Assembly: GCA_963664395.2 (NCBI GenBank)
Contig: OY761159.2
Coordinates: 3,168,001 to 3,232,000 of the forward strand
DNA length: 64,000 nucleotides
Reading direction: 5' to 3'
Source of the DNA: Candidatus Binatia bacterium
GTDB taxonomy: Bacteria; Desulfobacterota; Binatia; Bin18
Below the pieces are notes generated by a model. It was not told where the DNA came from. It did not search any database and saw only the letters and a program-made list of their open reading frames with translations. Below are positions 20,220 to 29,832 of the stretch, in pieces (positions within the stretch are counted from its first letter, which is position 1; every line of letters begins with the position of its first letter). The position numbers and the translations under genes were made by a program.

Positions 20220-21497
20220 ATGTCAACAACACATTCTCACACAGCATCTCCACACAATGAATGGCGGACACAGACCCCCGGCCATACCGGCTGGGCACGG
20301 ACCGCGCACGCTGCTGATCCTCACAAATACTATATGGTTTCGGTCGATACGCACGGGATCGAACCTAATGATTATCTGGAAAAGCGTATTGAGAAGAAAT
20401 ACCTCGATCGTATTCCGCGCATGGAGATTGACGAGGACGGCGCGCAGTGGACGATCTGCGAGGGCATGAAACCCGTACTGGTCAAACCGGGCCGCAATTA
20501 TGAAAAACACCTGCCGGCGCTGGAGTCGTTCGAAGATATCGATATGTTTCAGCCCTACTCAAAGCGCTTTGAGGCCGAAGATGTGCGCCGCAACCATGCC
20601 GGCACCGACATCAAACGGCGTCTGGCCGACGCGGCTGCGGATGGCATTGATGCCGAGATTATTTTTCCGAACAAGGGCCTGTTGGCCTTTGGCACGCCTG
20701 ACCCGGTTTTCCAGGGCGCCATGTTCCGCGCCTGGAATCGCTGGGCGCTTGAGACCTTTGGCGATCATTGGACACGCTTCATGCCCATGGCCATGATTGC
20801 CAGCGGCGATCTTGCGGGGGCTATGGCGGAAGTGCAGTGGGCCGCGGAGCACGGCTTCAAGGGACTCACCCTGCCGAATAAACCCATCTTTGGCCCGCTC
20901 AAAGATGGCGAGCTGCAATACAACGACAAATCGTTCGAACCTCTCTGGTCGCTGATCGAAGAAGTGGACCTGCCCATGACCTTCCACGTCTCGACCGGAC
21001 GCGACCCGCGGGCGGTCGGGGGCAATGGCGGGGCGCTGATTAACTATGTTTCGCACTCGATGTCTACCGTCATGGACCCGCTCGTGCATCTGATTTCGTC
21101 CGGCGTGTTCGAGCGCCATCCCAGCCTCAAAGCCGGCTCTATCGAGGGCGGTATCGGCTGGGTACCCTGGATGGTCGAAACCCTCGACTACGCCCATAAG
21201 GCCCACCATATGTGGGTGCGTCCGGTCCTGCCCGAACCGCCCAGCTTCTATTATCGGCGCAACTGTTTCTCGGCTTTCATGAACGACCGCTCTACGCTGC
21301 TGCTGGCCGAGGAGCTGAACCTGGTCGAGAATTTTATGTGGTCGAACGACTATCCGCATCACGAAGGCAGTTGGCCGTACTCGGCTGCCAGCATCGAGCG
21401 CCAGATGGATACCTTGTCGGAAGAGAACCGCGAGAAGATTCTGGGCCTCAACGCCGCCCAGGTGTTCAAACTGGAGGCGCCGGAAACGGTAACGTAA
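20220..21497 (+). CDS. Amidohydrolase_2 family protein
   Basis: SVDTH, DGIDAEIIFP, TFH, EGGIGW, WSNDYPH.EG. Confidence 0.9.
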   Translation: MSTTHSHTASPHNEWRTQTPGHTGWARTAHAADPHKYYMVSVDTHGIEPNDYLEKRIEKKYLDRIPRMEIDEDGAQWTICEGMKPVLVKPGRNYEKHLPALESFEDIDMFQPYSKRFEAEDVRRNHAGTDIKRRLADAAADGIDAEIIFPNKGLLAFGTPDPVFQGAMFRAWNRWALETFGDHWTRFMPMAMIASGDLAGAMAEVQWAAEHGFKGLTLPNKPIFGPLKDGELQYNDKSFEPLWSLIEEVDLPMTFHVSTGRDPRAVGGNGGALINYVSHSMSTVMDPLVHLISSGVFERHPSLKAGSIEGGIGWVPWMVETLDYAHKAHHMWVRPVLPEPPSFYYRRNCFSAFMNDRSTLLLAEELNLVENFMWSNDYPHHEGSWPYSAASIERQMDTLSEENREKILGLNAAQVFKLEAPETVT

Positions 21498-21498
21498 T

Positions 21499-22677
21499 AT
21501 GAAACGAAACAGGCTCATTCACCGTCTCAGGCTCTCGAACCTGCTCTCATTCGGACCGGACGCCGAGGGGCTGGAGCTTCGCCCGCTGAATGTCTTGATA
21601 GGACCCAACGGGTCTGGCAAATCCAATCTGATAGAGGCGATCAGTCTGTTCAAGGCAGCGCCGCAGGACTTGGTAGAGCCGATTCGGGAAGGTGGTGGCA
21701 TCGGTGCCTGGATATGGAAGGGTGAAGCTGCTCCACAAACCGCACAAATTGAAGCGATCATTGAAAATCCCAAGGGAAACCAAGATCTGAGATACTCCTT
21801 GACCTTTACCCAGGTCGGCCAGCGTTTCGATCTGAGTGACGAGCGGATTGAAAATGAGCAGGCGCATCCAGATCGAGAAGGGCCTTATTTCTACTTTGCG
21901 TATCTGAATGGTCGCCCGTACCTGAATCCGAGCGGGACGGGGCAGCGGCAACTGTTGCGGGAAGATGTCAACCCCGAACAGTCGATTCTCTCTCAAAGAC
22001 GGGACCCCGACAGCTACCCGGAGATTACCTATCTGGGCGATGCGCTCAGGAAAATCCGCCTCTATCGGGAATGGTCATTCGGACGCTCCACGCCGCCCCG
22101 CTTGCCCCAACCGGCGGACCTGCCGAACGACTTTCTGGCTGAAGACGGACGCAATCTTGGTTTAGTGCTCAATCTCCTACGGACAAAACCGGGCGTCAAG
22201 AAAAAATTGCTGGAAGCTTTGCGAGAGCTGAATGAAGCTATCGACGACTTCGACACCCTCATACAAGGTGGGACCGTCCAACTGTTCATGCAGGAAGGAA
22301 ACATCAGCATTCCGGCAACCCGCCTGTCCGACGGTACGCTGCGTTATTTGTGCTTGCTGGCGATTATATGTCACCCGAACCCACCGCCGCTGGTGTGTAT
22401 CGAAGAACCGGAACTCGGGCTGCATCCCGACATCCTGCCGCCTCTGGCCAAGCTATTGCTCGAAGCGTCCGAGCGGTGCCAGTTGATTGTCACGACCCAT
22501 TCCGAGGTACTGGTCGATGCCCTGACCGATTCCCCGGAGAGCATCCTGGTGTGCGAAAAGCCCAAGGACCGAACCGAAATGCGTCGTCTCGAGCGGAAAG
22601 ACCTCGCCGCCTGGCTTGAACGCTACCGATTGGGTGAACTCTGGCGCTCAGGCGAACTCGGGGGCAATCGCTGGTGA
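21499..22677 (+). CDS. AAA_21/AAA_15 ABC-type ATPase
   Basis: GPNGSGKSN, LSDGTLR, IEEPELGLHP, TTHS. Confidence 0.9.
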   Translation: MKRNRLIHRLRLSNLLSFGPDAEGLELRPLNVLIGPNGSGKSNLIEAISLFKAAPQDLVEPIREGGGIGAWIWKGEAAPQTAQIEAIIENPKGNQDLRYSLTFTQVGQRFDLSDERIENEQAHPDREGPYFYFAYLNGRPYLNPSGTGQRQLLREDVNPEQSILSQRRDPDSYPEITYLGDALRKIRLYREWSFGRSTPPRLPQPADLPNDFLAEDGRNLGLVLNLLRTKPGVKKKLLEALRELNEAIDDFDTLIQGGTVQLFMQEGNISIPATRLSDGTLRYLCLLAIICHPNPPPLVCIEEPELGLHPDILPPLAKLLLEASERCQLIVTTHSEVLVDALTDSPESILVCEKPKDRTEMRRLERKDLAAWLERYRLGELWRSGELGGNRW

Positions 22678-23273
22678 GAGTGAAGATTTATGTCGAAGGC
22701 GGCCCAGGCAGGCTGGATCGGGAATGCCGCCGGAGCTTCGGAAAATTCCTGGAGCGCGCCGGCCTCAGAGGCAGGATGCCGAGCATTATAGCCTGTGGTG
22801 GTCGGGATGGGGCTTATGACAGATTCTGTACGGCTCAGAGAAATGTCCACGCCAACGAATTCATCATCTTGTTGGTGGACAGCGAAGAAGGCATTGAGGC
22901 GGGTGTAGGACCCTGGGGTTTCCTTAGAAACCGTGACGGATGGAACAAGCCGTCTGGGACCGGCGAGGACAACGCTCACCTGATGGTACAGTGTATGGAA
23001 GCCTGGTTTCTGGCCGATCGTGACACTCTGGCTCAGTTTTTTGGCGACGGCTTCAATGCCAACCCTCTGCCGAATCGGCCCGATGTGGAAAATATCCCCA
23101 AATCCGATCTGTATGATGCTCTCAGAGGAGCCACCCGGGATAGCCGTAAGGGAGAATATGGAAAAGGGCCGCACTCGTTCGACCTGCTCGCCCAACTGGA
23201 CCCACAGAAGGTAGTAGCCGCTTCGCCCTATGCAAAGCGGCTTGTCGATACTCTGCTCTCCAAGTCTCGCTAG
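22674..23273 (+). CDS. DUF4276-like TOPRIM-fold protein, ATPase partner
   Basis: IYVEG, LLVDSE, MEAWFLAD, Y.KG.H; GTGA overlap with the ATPase. Confidence 0.85.
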   Translation: MRVKIYVEGGPGRLDRECRRSFGKFLERAGLRGRMPSIIACGGRDGAYDRFCTAQRNVHANEFIILLVDSEEGIEAGVGPWGFLRNRDGWNKPSGTGEDNAHLMVQCMEAWFLADRDTLAQFFGDGFNANPLPNRPDVENIPKSDLYDALRGATRDSRKGEYGKGPHSFDLLAQLDPQKVVAASPYAKRLVDTLLSKSR

Positions 23274-23309
23274 CGTCGACCCTGACGATAGGACGAAAAC
23301 TGCATCGGG

Positions 23310-24194
23310 TTACGCTACTAAAAGTTTGGCCAGCAACTGAAACTCGTGTGCCCTGGGTGAGGTGGTCCGCCAGACGAGGCCGATGGTCCGGCTCGGTTCG
23401 GGCTTCCGAAAGGGCAGAATAACAATCTGTGAAAGCTGCGGCGCCTCCACCTCCAACGAAAGCCGGGGCAGGAGGGTAATCCCGAGTCCGCCCGCGACCA
23501 TTTGGACCAGGGTGTTCAGGCTGCTGGCGCGAAAGTCTCCAACCTCGCTGGCGCCACTGGTGTGACACACGGCCAGCGCCTGGTCCCGCAAACAGTGTCC
23601 GTCGTCTAATAACAGCACCTGTTCAGCGGCGATATCAGCCTCGGTCACGCGTTTCCGCTTGGCGAGTCGGTGCTGTGCCGGGACCGCAACCACAAAGGGG
23701 TCGGTTGCCAGCGCCAGGGTCGATACGTTGCCGAGGTCGGCTTCGAGCGCCACCAGGAGGAGGTCGAGCCGGCCGTGTGACAGCAGTTCCAGCAGCCGGT
23801 GGGTCAGGTCTTCGTGCAGCCGAACCTGGAGCTGTGGATAGCGCCGGCGCAGGGCCGGCAGCGTCTTTGGCAGGAGATAGGGGGCCACGGTTGGAATCAC
23901 TCCGAGCCGCAGGGTTCCCGACAGTGGCCGGGTCAGGCTGCGGGCCAGGTCAACGAATTCACCGCTTGCCGTCAGGATACCACGCGCGAGCGGCAACAGG
24001 GTCTCCCCGGCGGGGGTGAGGAGCACCGTGCGCTGGCTGCGCTCGAACAACTGGACGCCCAACATCCGTTCGAGGTCCTTGAGCTGGGCGCTCAGGCCGG
24101 GCTGGGTGACAAAACAGGCGTCGGCCGCTGCCCGGAAGCTCAACCGCTCGGCCACGGCCACAAAATATTCTAGTTGCCGGAAGGATACATTCAT
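23310..24194 (-). CDS. oxyR: Peroxide-sensing LysR regulator OxyR
   Basis: LysR HTH; DGHCLRDQALAVC two-Cys motif; divergent from catalase. Confidence 0.9.
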   Translation of the reverse strand: MNVSFRQLEYFVAVAERLSFRAAADACFVTQPGLSAQLKDLERMLGVQLFERSQRTVLLTPAGETLLPLARGILTASGEFVDLARSLTRPLSGTLRLGVIPTVAPYLLPKTLPALRRRYPQLQVRLHEDLTHRLLELLSHGRLDLLLVALEADLGNVSTLALATDPFVVAVPAQHRLAKRKRVTEADIAAEQVLLLDDGHCLRDQALAVCHTSGASEVGDFRASSLNTLVQMVAGGLGITLLPRLSLEVEAPQLSQIVILPFRKPEPSRTIGLVWRTTSPRAHEFQLLAKLLVA

Positions 24195-24229
24195 AGATAA
24201 AATTTATCATAATAGTAAAAATTATCAAT
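24193..24229. promoter_or_regulatory. OxyR binding site
   Basis: ATAG-N7-TTAT-N7-GTAA-N7-CAAT, close to the ATAG-N7-CTAT-N7-ATAG-N7-CTAT consensus. Confidence 0.7.
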
Positions 24230-24291
24230 TTTACTTATTAAGAGCCCTCCTTATACTGGAGCTCACATCACATTGAGGAGAGGAGAAAAAC

Positions 24292-25758
24292 ATGTCTGAG
24301 AAACGCTGTCCGGTCATGACAACGAGCGCCGGCGCGCCGGTGGCCGATAACCAGAACGCCCTGACCGCCGGTGAGCGCGGCCCGGTCCTGTTGCAGGACT
24401 ATCAACTACTCGAAAAGTTGGCCCACCAGAATCGGGAACGCATCCCCGAGCGGGTGGTCCACGCCAAGGGCTGGGGGGCGTATGGGACGTTCCGGGTCAC
24501 GCACGACATCTCTTCATACACCACGGCCAGCTGTCTTCAGCCGGGTGCGGAATGCGAGGTCATCACCCGGTTTTCTACGGTGGCCGGCGAGCTGGGGGCC
24601 GCGGATGCCGAGCGCGACGTGCGCGGGTTTGCGGTAAAATTCTACACCGAGGAAGGCAACTGGGACCTGGTCGGGAATAACACCCCGGTGTTCTTTATTC
24701 GCGATCCGTATAAATTCCCGGACTTTATCCGTACCCAGAAACGACATCCGCAAACCAACCTGCGCAGTCCGACCGCGATGTGGGATTTCTGGTCGCAATC
24801 GCCCGAGTCGCTGCACCAGGTCACTATTCTCATGTCCGACCGCGGCTGCCCGACGGCGCCCATGTTTATGAACGGCTACGGTTCGCACACGTTCAGCTTC
24901 ATCAATGCGGACAAGCAGCGTTTCTGGGTGAAGTTTCATTTCAAAACCCGACAGGGGCACCGCTACTATACCAACGCCCAGAGCGCCGAGGTGATCGGAC
25001 AGAGCCGGGAGTCCTACCAGGAAGCCCTCTTCGGCGCGATCGAACGGGGTGAGTATCCCAAGTGGGAGCTGAAGGTCCAGATCATGCCGGAAGAGGACGC
25101 CGAAAAAACGTCCTATAATCCCTTCGATCTGACCAAGGTGTGGCCGCACGCCGACTATCCGCTGATTGATGTCGGCGTGCTGGAACTCAACCGCAACCCG
25201 GATAACTACTTTGCCGAGATCGAGCAAGCCGCGTTCTCTCCATCCAATATCGTGCCGGGGATCGGATTTTCCCCGGATAAGGTGTTGCAGGCGCGCATCT
25301 TCGCCTATGCGGACGCCCACCGTTACCGCTTGGGTACGCATTATGAGGCGCTCCCGGTCAATGCGCCCAAATGCCCCGTGCATCACTACCATAAAGACGG
25401 GGCGATGCGCTTCTTTGAAACCAAGCATGGCAACACCGATGCGTACTACGAGCCCAACAGCTTTGGCGGGCCACAACAGGACGGCAGTCGGAGCGAGCCG
25501 CCGCTGAAGATTGCGGGCGACGCCGACCGCTATAATCACCGCGCGGGCAATGACGACTACACCCAGGCCGGGAACCTCTTCCGCTTGTTTGATGACGCCC
25601 AGAAACAGCGCCTCTTCAGCAATATCGCCCAGGCGATGCAGGGGGTTCCGCTAGCCATTATCGACAAGCAGCTCGCCCATTTCGACAAGGCCGACCCCGC
25701 CTACGGGAACGGGGTACGGAAGGCGCTTGGAGTCGGGTACCAGAAAAACGCCGCATAA
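24292..25758 (+). CDS. katA: Monofunctional heme catalase
   Basis: [36 protein letters not shown]. Confidence 0.96.
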   Translation: MSEKRCPVMTTSAGAPVADNQNALTAGERGPVLLQDYQLLEKLAHQNRERIPERVVHAKGWGAYGTFRVTHDISSYTTASCLQPGAECEVITRFSTVAGELGAADAERDVRGFAVKFYTEEGNWDLVGNNTPVFFIRDPYKFPDFIRTQKRHPQTNLRSPTAMWDFWSQSPESLHQVTILMSDRGCPTAPMFMNGYGSHTFSFINADKQRFWVKFHFKTRQGHRYYTNAQSAEVIGQSRESYQEALFGAIERGEYPKWELKVQIMPEEDAEKTSYNPFDLTKVWPHADYPLIDVGVLELNRNPDNYFAEIEQAAFSPSNIVPGIGFSPDKVLQARIFAYADAHRYRLGTHYEALPVNAPKCPVHHYHKDGAMRFFETKHGNTDAYYEPNSFGGPQQDGSRSEPPLKIAGDADRYNHRAGNDDYTQAGNLFRLFDDAQKQRLFSNIAQAMQGVPLAIIDKQLAHFDKADPAYGNGVRKALGVGYQKNAA

Positions 25759-25941
25759 CGCTCGCTCTGTGTCCTCGCTCCGTAAAGAAAAGAAGAAGGA
25801 GCGAGGACAGCCAACGCCAAGGGCGCGGGAAACTCTTTTGAGCCGCCTGGCGTTCAGGTCAAATGGGGACCGGGCGTGCGCGACCGAGACGGATGATATA
25901 AGAATGGCCTGCGTTATCGGCTGGAGAGAGGAGGGCCATCT

Positions 25942-26961
25942 ATGGATCGAAAATACTGGTCGTTTGTGATTCCGGCGCTTGAGCCGGATTTCGCAACCGC
26001 GGTCAAAAAGCTGGAAGACCGCGGCCTTGCCGGGGTTGCCGTTCCCCAGGTGTACGGCTCGCCGTTTGTACCGCTGGCAGCCGCGGCAGTCGTGACAACG
26101 CGGCTCGAACTCGCCACCGGCATTGCCATCGGTTTGACGCGCAGCCCGTTCGAGACCGCGGTGACCTCGCTTGATCTCGACCACCTGTCCAAAGGCCGCT
26201 TCATTCTGGGGCTGGGCACCGGACCCAAACACTGGACCAACGGCTATTTCGGGATGCCGTACGACAAGCCGGTGTCGCGGCTGCGTGAGGTCGTGCAGAT
26301 TCTGCGCCACGTTGAGGACGGCGCTCGCTCCGGAGAGATGCAGCCCTGGGAGGGACAGTTCTATCAGCTCAGGTTTGATTCCTATCAACCCACGCTGCCG
26401 CCGTATCGAGAACGGATTCCCGTCTGGATTGCCGCCCTGCGCCAGCGCATGTGCGAATTGACGGGCGAGGTGGCTGACGGTTTGATCGGGCATCCGGTCT
26501 GGTCGATCGAATGGGCCCTGGGTCAGGCCCAGGAATCCGTGGCCGTCGGCGCGGCGCGCACCGGACGCGACCCCGCCGCGATTCATTTCCAGCCCTGGGT
26601 GACCGCTTCTATTGATGCCGACGAAAAGACGGCCCTGCGCGACGCCAAGCCCTGGCTGGCTTTCTACTCGGGCTTCAGCCAGTACTACCCCTATTTCGAG
26701 GCGCACGGATTCGGGGCCGAGGCACGCAAAATCAATGAAGCCTCCAAGACGATGAACTGCGTGCAGGCCGCGCAATACGTGCCCGATGAGATGGTCCGGG
26801 CCTTTGGCGCGCACGGCACGCCGGACCAAGTCCGGGAGCGGATTGAGCCCTTGTGGCAACGCGCCGACTCGATGTGCATCGTGCCGCCCAACTGGGGAAT
26901 GACACCCGATAAATTAGCGAAAAAGGTCCAGGCGATTGCCGATACCTTCTGGCCGCAGTAG
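25942..26961 (+). CDS. LLM class (possibly F420-dependent) oxidoreductase
   Basis: LSKGRFILGLG.G, GEVADG.IGHP. Confidence 0.85.
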   Translation: MDRKYWSFVIPALEPDFATAVKKLEDRGLAGVAVPQVYGSPFVPLAAAAVVTTRLELATGIAIGLTRSPFETAVTSLDLDHLSKGRFILGLGTGPKHWTNGYFGMPYDKPVSRLREVVQILRHVEDGARSGEMQPWEGQFYQLRFDSYQPTLPPYRERIPVWIAALRQRMCELTGEVADGLIGHPVWSIEWALGQAQESVAVGAARTGRDPAAIHFQPWVTASIDADEKTALRDAKPWLAFYSGFSQYYPYFEAHGFGAEARKINEASKTMNCVQAAQYVPDEMVRAFGAHGTPDQVRERIEPLWQRADSMCIVPPNWGMTPDKLAKKVQAIADTFWPQ

Positions 26962-26994
26962 GCAGGCGCGCCAATCTTTCTTAGGAGGAAGCCC

Positions 26995-27792
26995 ATGGAT
27001 TTTCGTTATCTGCTGATTGAACACGATCACGGCATTTGCCGTATTACCTTGAATCGCCCCGAACGCCTGAATGCGATTAACATCCGAGTCGGCCTGGAAC
27101 TGCTCCAGGCGCTTGAGACGTACGATTATGATGACTCGGTCCGAGCCGTTATCCTGACCGGGGCGGGGCGGGCCTTCTGTGCCGGTGACGATCTCAAGGG
27201 CATGGCCGAACCCGACCAACCGGAACGGCGATTCGCAGATACGGTGAAGCACTACGTCCAGGGCGAAGGCCGCTGGCCCCTCGTTGTGGCCAAGATGCGC
27301 GCCCTGTCCAAGCCGGTCATTGGCATGATTAACGGGCACGCGCACGGGGCGGGCTTTAACCTTGCTCTGGGCTGTGACCTGCGGGTGATGGCCGATTCGG
27401 CAACCCTGTGCATTCCGTTCGTCAAGCGCGGTATTGCGACCGGCACCAGCCTGCTGCAACAGTTTGTTGGTATTGGCAAAGCAATGGAGTGGGCGTTGCT
27501 CGGACCCCAGCTCTCCGCTCGGGAAGCGGAACGCTGGGGCCTGGTCAATCGTGTGGTGCCCTTAGAAAAACTGGAAGAGGCTACGCTGGAACTCGCTGGC
27601 GCATTAGCCCAAGGACCGACGCAAACCTACGGCTTTACCAAGTCGGCTGTCATTCATGGTTGGGAGGCCCCACCCGAACGGGCGTACGAATACCAGGGTC
27701 AGGCTTTTCTGCTGTCACACCAGACAGAAGATTTTCAGGAAGGCCGGCAGGCCTTCCTCGAAAAACGTCCAGCGCGTTTTCAGGGGCGGTGA
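26995..27792 (+). CDS. Enoyl-CoA hydratase/isomerase family protein
   Basis: LNRPERLNA, AFCAGDD, GAGFNLALGCD, AFLEKR. Confidence 0.92.
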   Translation: MDFRYLLIEHDHGICRITLNRPERLNAINIRVGLELLQALETYDYDDSVRAVILTGAGRAFCAGDDLKGMAEPDQPERRFADTVKHYVQGEGRWPLVVAKMRALSKPVIGMINGHAHGAGFNLALGCDLRVMADSATLCIPFVKRGIATGTSLLQQFVGIGKAMEWALLGPQLSAREAERWGLVNRVVPLEKLEEATLELAGALAQGPTQTYGFTKSAVIHGWEAPPERAYEYQGQAFLLSHQTEDFQEGRQAFLEKRPARFQGR

Positions 27793-27829
27793 AGCTGTTC
27801 GTATGAGACTCGTCACGCCGAGCTTCGGT

Positions 27830-27898
27830 ACCCACCCCGGCGCTACGCGCCACCCCCTTCGACTGGGCTCAGGACAGGCCTCCAAGGAGGGGATGGGG
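27830..27898 (+). repeat. REP-like palindrome (family A) with a nested insert
   Basis: ACCCACCCCGGC..GCCACCCC[CTTCGACTGGGCTCAGGACAGGC]CTCCAAGGAGGGGA; related copies at 29020-29064 (-) and 35412-35474. Confidence 0.8.
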
Positions 27899-27915
27899 AA
27901 ATCCGTAACCCAAAG

Positions 27916-27960
27916 GACCCGACCCAACGACTCAATAGACTCCATGACTCAATCGACCCG
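27916..27960 (+). repeat. Degenerate 8-9 nt tandem repeats (GACYCAAY.)
   Basis: gacccaac gactcaata gactccat gactcaatc gacccg; inverted counterpart at 28976-29012. Confidence 0.65.
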
Positions 27961-27987
27961 AATCCGTTCTCACAACAGGAGCGTCAC

Positions 27988-28968
27988 ATGACGAAACAGA
28001 ACACCATCGTTTTTCTTCACTCCCGCGGGTTAGTACCGCCCGAGGTTATTCACATGGTCAATGAGCAGTTGCCGCCGGGCTTTCTCATCGACTTTTTGGA
28101 GCAAAACTCTCCAGCCGACACGCGATTGGAGAAAATATCGCACGCCGACTTTATGCTGGCGTATCCGGGCAATCCTTCTGCTGACGAACTGAACGGGGCA
28201 AAACAGCTCAAGCTGTTTCAGATGTTGAGTGCGGGCTATGAATGGATCGACCTGGATCTTTTTCAAAAACTTGGGGTGCCGGTTGCCAATAACGGCGGAG
28301 CCAACGCGCCAACCGTGGCCGAGCATGCCATTCTCTTAATCTTGGCTGTCTTCAAAAAACTTCCCCTCCACCACAACACCCTGCACGCGGGAAAATGGCT
28401 CGGCGCGCAGGAGACTCTACGCATGCGTGAGTTACGCGGCAAGACTGTGGGGATCGTTGGTTTCGGGCGTATCGGCCAAGAGCTGGCACGGATTGCCAAA
28501 GGGTTTCAGGCGAACATTATCTATTGTGACGCTGTCCGGGCTCCGACTTCTGTCGAGCAAGAGGTTGGTGCCGAGCGGCTGGCGCTTGACGACCTCTTGC
28601 GACAAGCGGATGTGGTTTCTGTTCATACGCCGCTGACGGCTGAGACAAAGGGACTCATAAACGCCCGGACGCTCGGCTTGATGAAACCCTCGGCGATTCT
28701 GGTCAATACCTCACGCGGACCGGTTATCGACGAACCCGCCCTCATCGAAGCGCTACGAAACAATCGCCTCGCTGGGGCCGGGCTGGACGTTTTTACTGCC
28801 GAGCCGCTGGAAACCGACAGCCCGCTGTTATCGCTGGACAATGTCGTGCTGACCTCGCATATCGCCGGAGTAACGCTGGACACCTGGAGTCGCCGGATCG
28901 CGTTCGGCTTTGCCAATATCGAACGGGTTGCTGCGGGCCAGCCGCCGGAATCGGTGATTACGGGGTAG
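27988..28968 (+). CDS. D-2-hydroxyacid dehydrogenase
   Basis: VAEH, GIVGFGRIG, NTSRG, LDVF..EP, SHIAG. Confidence 0.93.
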   Translation: MTKQNTIVFLHSRGLVPPEVIHMVNEQLPPGFLIDFLEQNSPADTRLEKISHADFMLAYPGNPSADELNGAKQLKLFQMLSAGYEWIDLDLFQKLGVPVANNGGANAPTVAEHAILLILAVFKKLPLHHNTLHAGKWLGAQETLRMRELRGKTVGIVGFGRIGQELARIAKGFQANIIYCDAVRAPTSVEQEVGAERLALDDLLRQADVVSVHTPLTAETKGLINARTLGLMKPSAILVNTSRGPVIDEPALIEALRNNRLAGAGLDVFTAEPLETDSPLLSLDNVVLTSHIAGVTLDTWSRRIAFGFANIERVAAGQPPESVITG

Positions 28969-28975
28969 GGAAGGC

Positions 28976-29064
28976 GTTGGGTCGGTTGGGTCTATTGAGT
29001 CGGTTGAGTCATGAAGCCTCCCCATCCCCTCCTTGGAGGGGTGGCCCGAAGGGCCGGGGTGGGT
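28976..29064 (-). repeat. REP family A copy without the insert, plus tandem GACYCAAY repeats
   Basis: Reverse complement ACCCACCCCGGCCCTTCGGGCCACCCCTCCAAGGAGGGGATGGGGA...GACTCAACCGACTCAATAGACCCAACCGACCCAAC. Confidence 0.8.
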
Positions 29065-29084
29065 CAATGGGGTATGGCGTATCA

Positions 29085-29780
29085 ATGTCGTGGTTGGGCT
29101 ATATATTTGCCATTCGCTTTATTGTTGGCTTCCTCTCAAGCCTTGGACTCGTTGTCTCTGCCAGCGTGACTGCTGCGCGCGCAGCCGACCTTGAACACCA
29201 CGTCCACAGACTGGTCAACGAGCACCGGACGGCGCAAGGATTGAGCCCCTTGGCCTTCAATCCGGAAGTTTCTGCCATTGCCCGCCGCCATAGTCAGGAT
29301 ATGGCAACCGGGCGGGTAGGGTTTAGTCACGGAGGATTTGAAAGTCGCAGGAAAAAGATAGCCGGATTCATTGCTCAACCCGGGGTTGGCGAGAATGTTG
29401 CCATGGTTCCAGTAGGATCATTCCATGTCGGAGCTGTCGCCGTCTCTAATTGGTTGGAAAGTCCAGGCCACCGGCGCAATATTGAAGGCGCGTATGAGCT
29501 GACGGGAGTTGGCATTGCTCAGGGGCCGACCGGAGCGTACTATTTTACTCAACTCTTTGTGAGGTCACCATCTTATCGTCCGGGAACCTCTGGAAGCGAT
29601 ACACCGTATACGCGGTCTGGACCCGCGCCGCGTGACAGAAAGAGCGAGCCGCGAGTCGTCGAAACCCGACGGCCGGATAGTTATACGCGTCCACAAAGAA
29701 AACCGCGCCGCGAAAAAGACCCGCGTAAGCGCCCAGGACGAAAAAGAACTGCGGATGGATGGGTCCAGACGCTGGATTAA
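29085..29780 (+). CDS. CAP/SCP domain protein with basic C-terminal tail (start uncertain)
   Basis: LVNEHR..GL.PL, ARRHS.DM, GENVA, W.ESPGHRRNI, YFTQ.F. Confidence 0.85.
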   Translation: MSWLGYIFAIRFIVGFLSSLGLVVSASVTAARAADLEHHVHRLVNEHRTAQGLSPLAFNPEVSAIARRHSQDMATGRVGFSHGGFESRRKKIAGFIAQPGVGENVAMVPVGSFHVGAVAVSNWLESPGHRRNIEGAYELTGVGIAQGPTGAYYFTQLFVRSPSYRPGTSGSDTPYTRSGPAPRDRKSEPRVVETRRPDSYTRPQRKPRREKDPRKRPGRKRTADGWVQTLD

Positions 29781-29832
29781 ACCGGGCCGGCGAATCCGGC
29801 GTCCGTCCGGTCCGCTTACTATTGCGTGAGGC

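Noticed and set aside
27916-29012. CRISPR array
   Set aside because: Repeats are 8-9 nt, degenerate and have no spacers.
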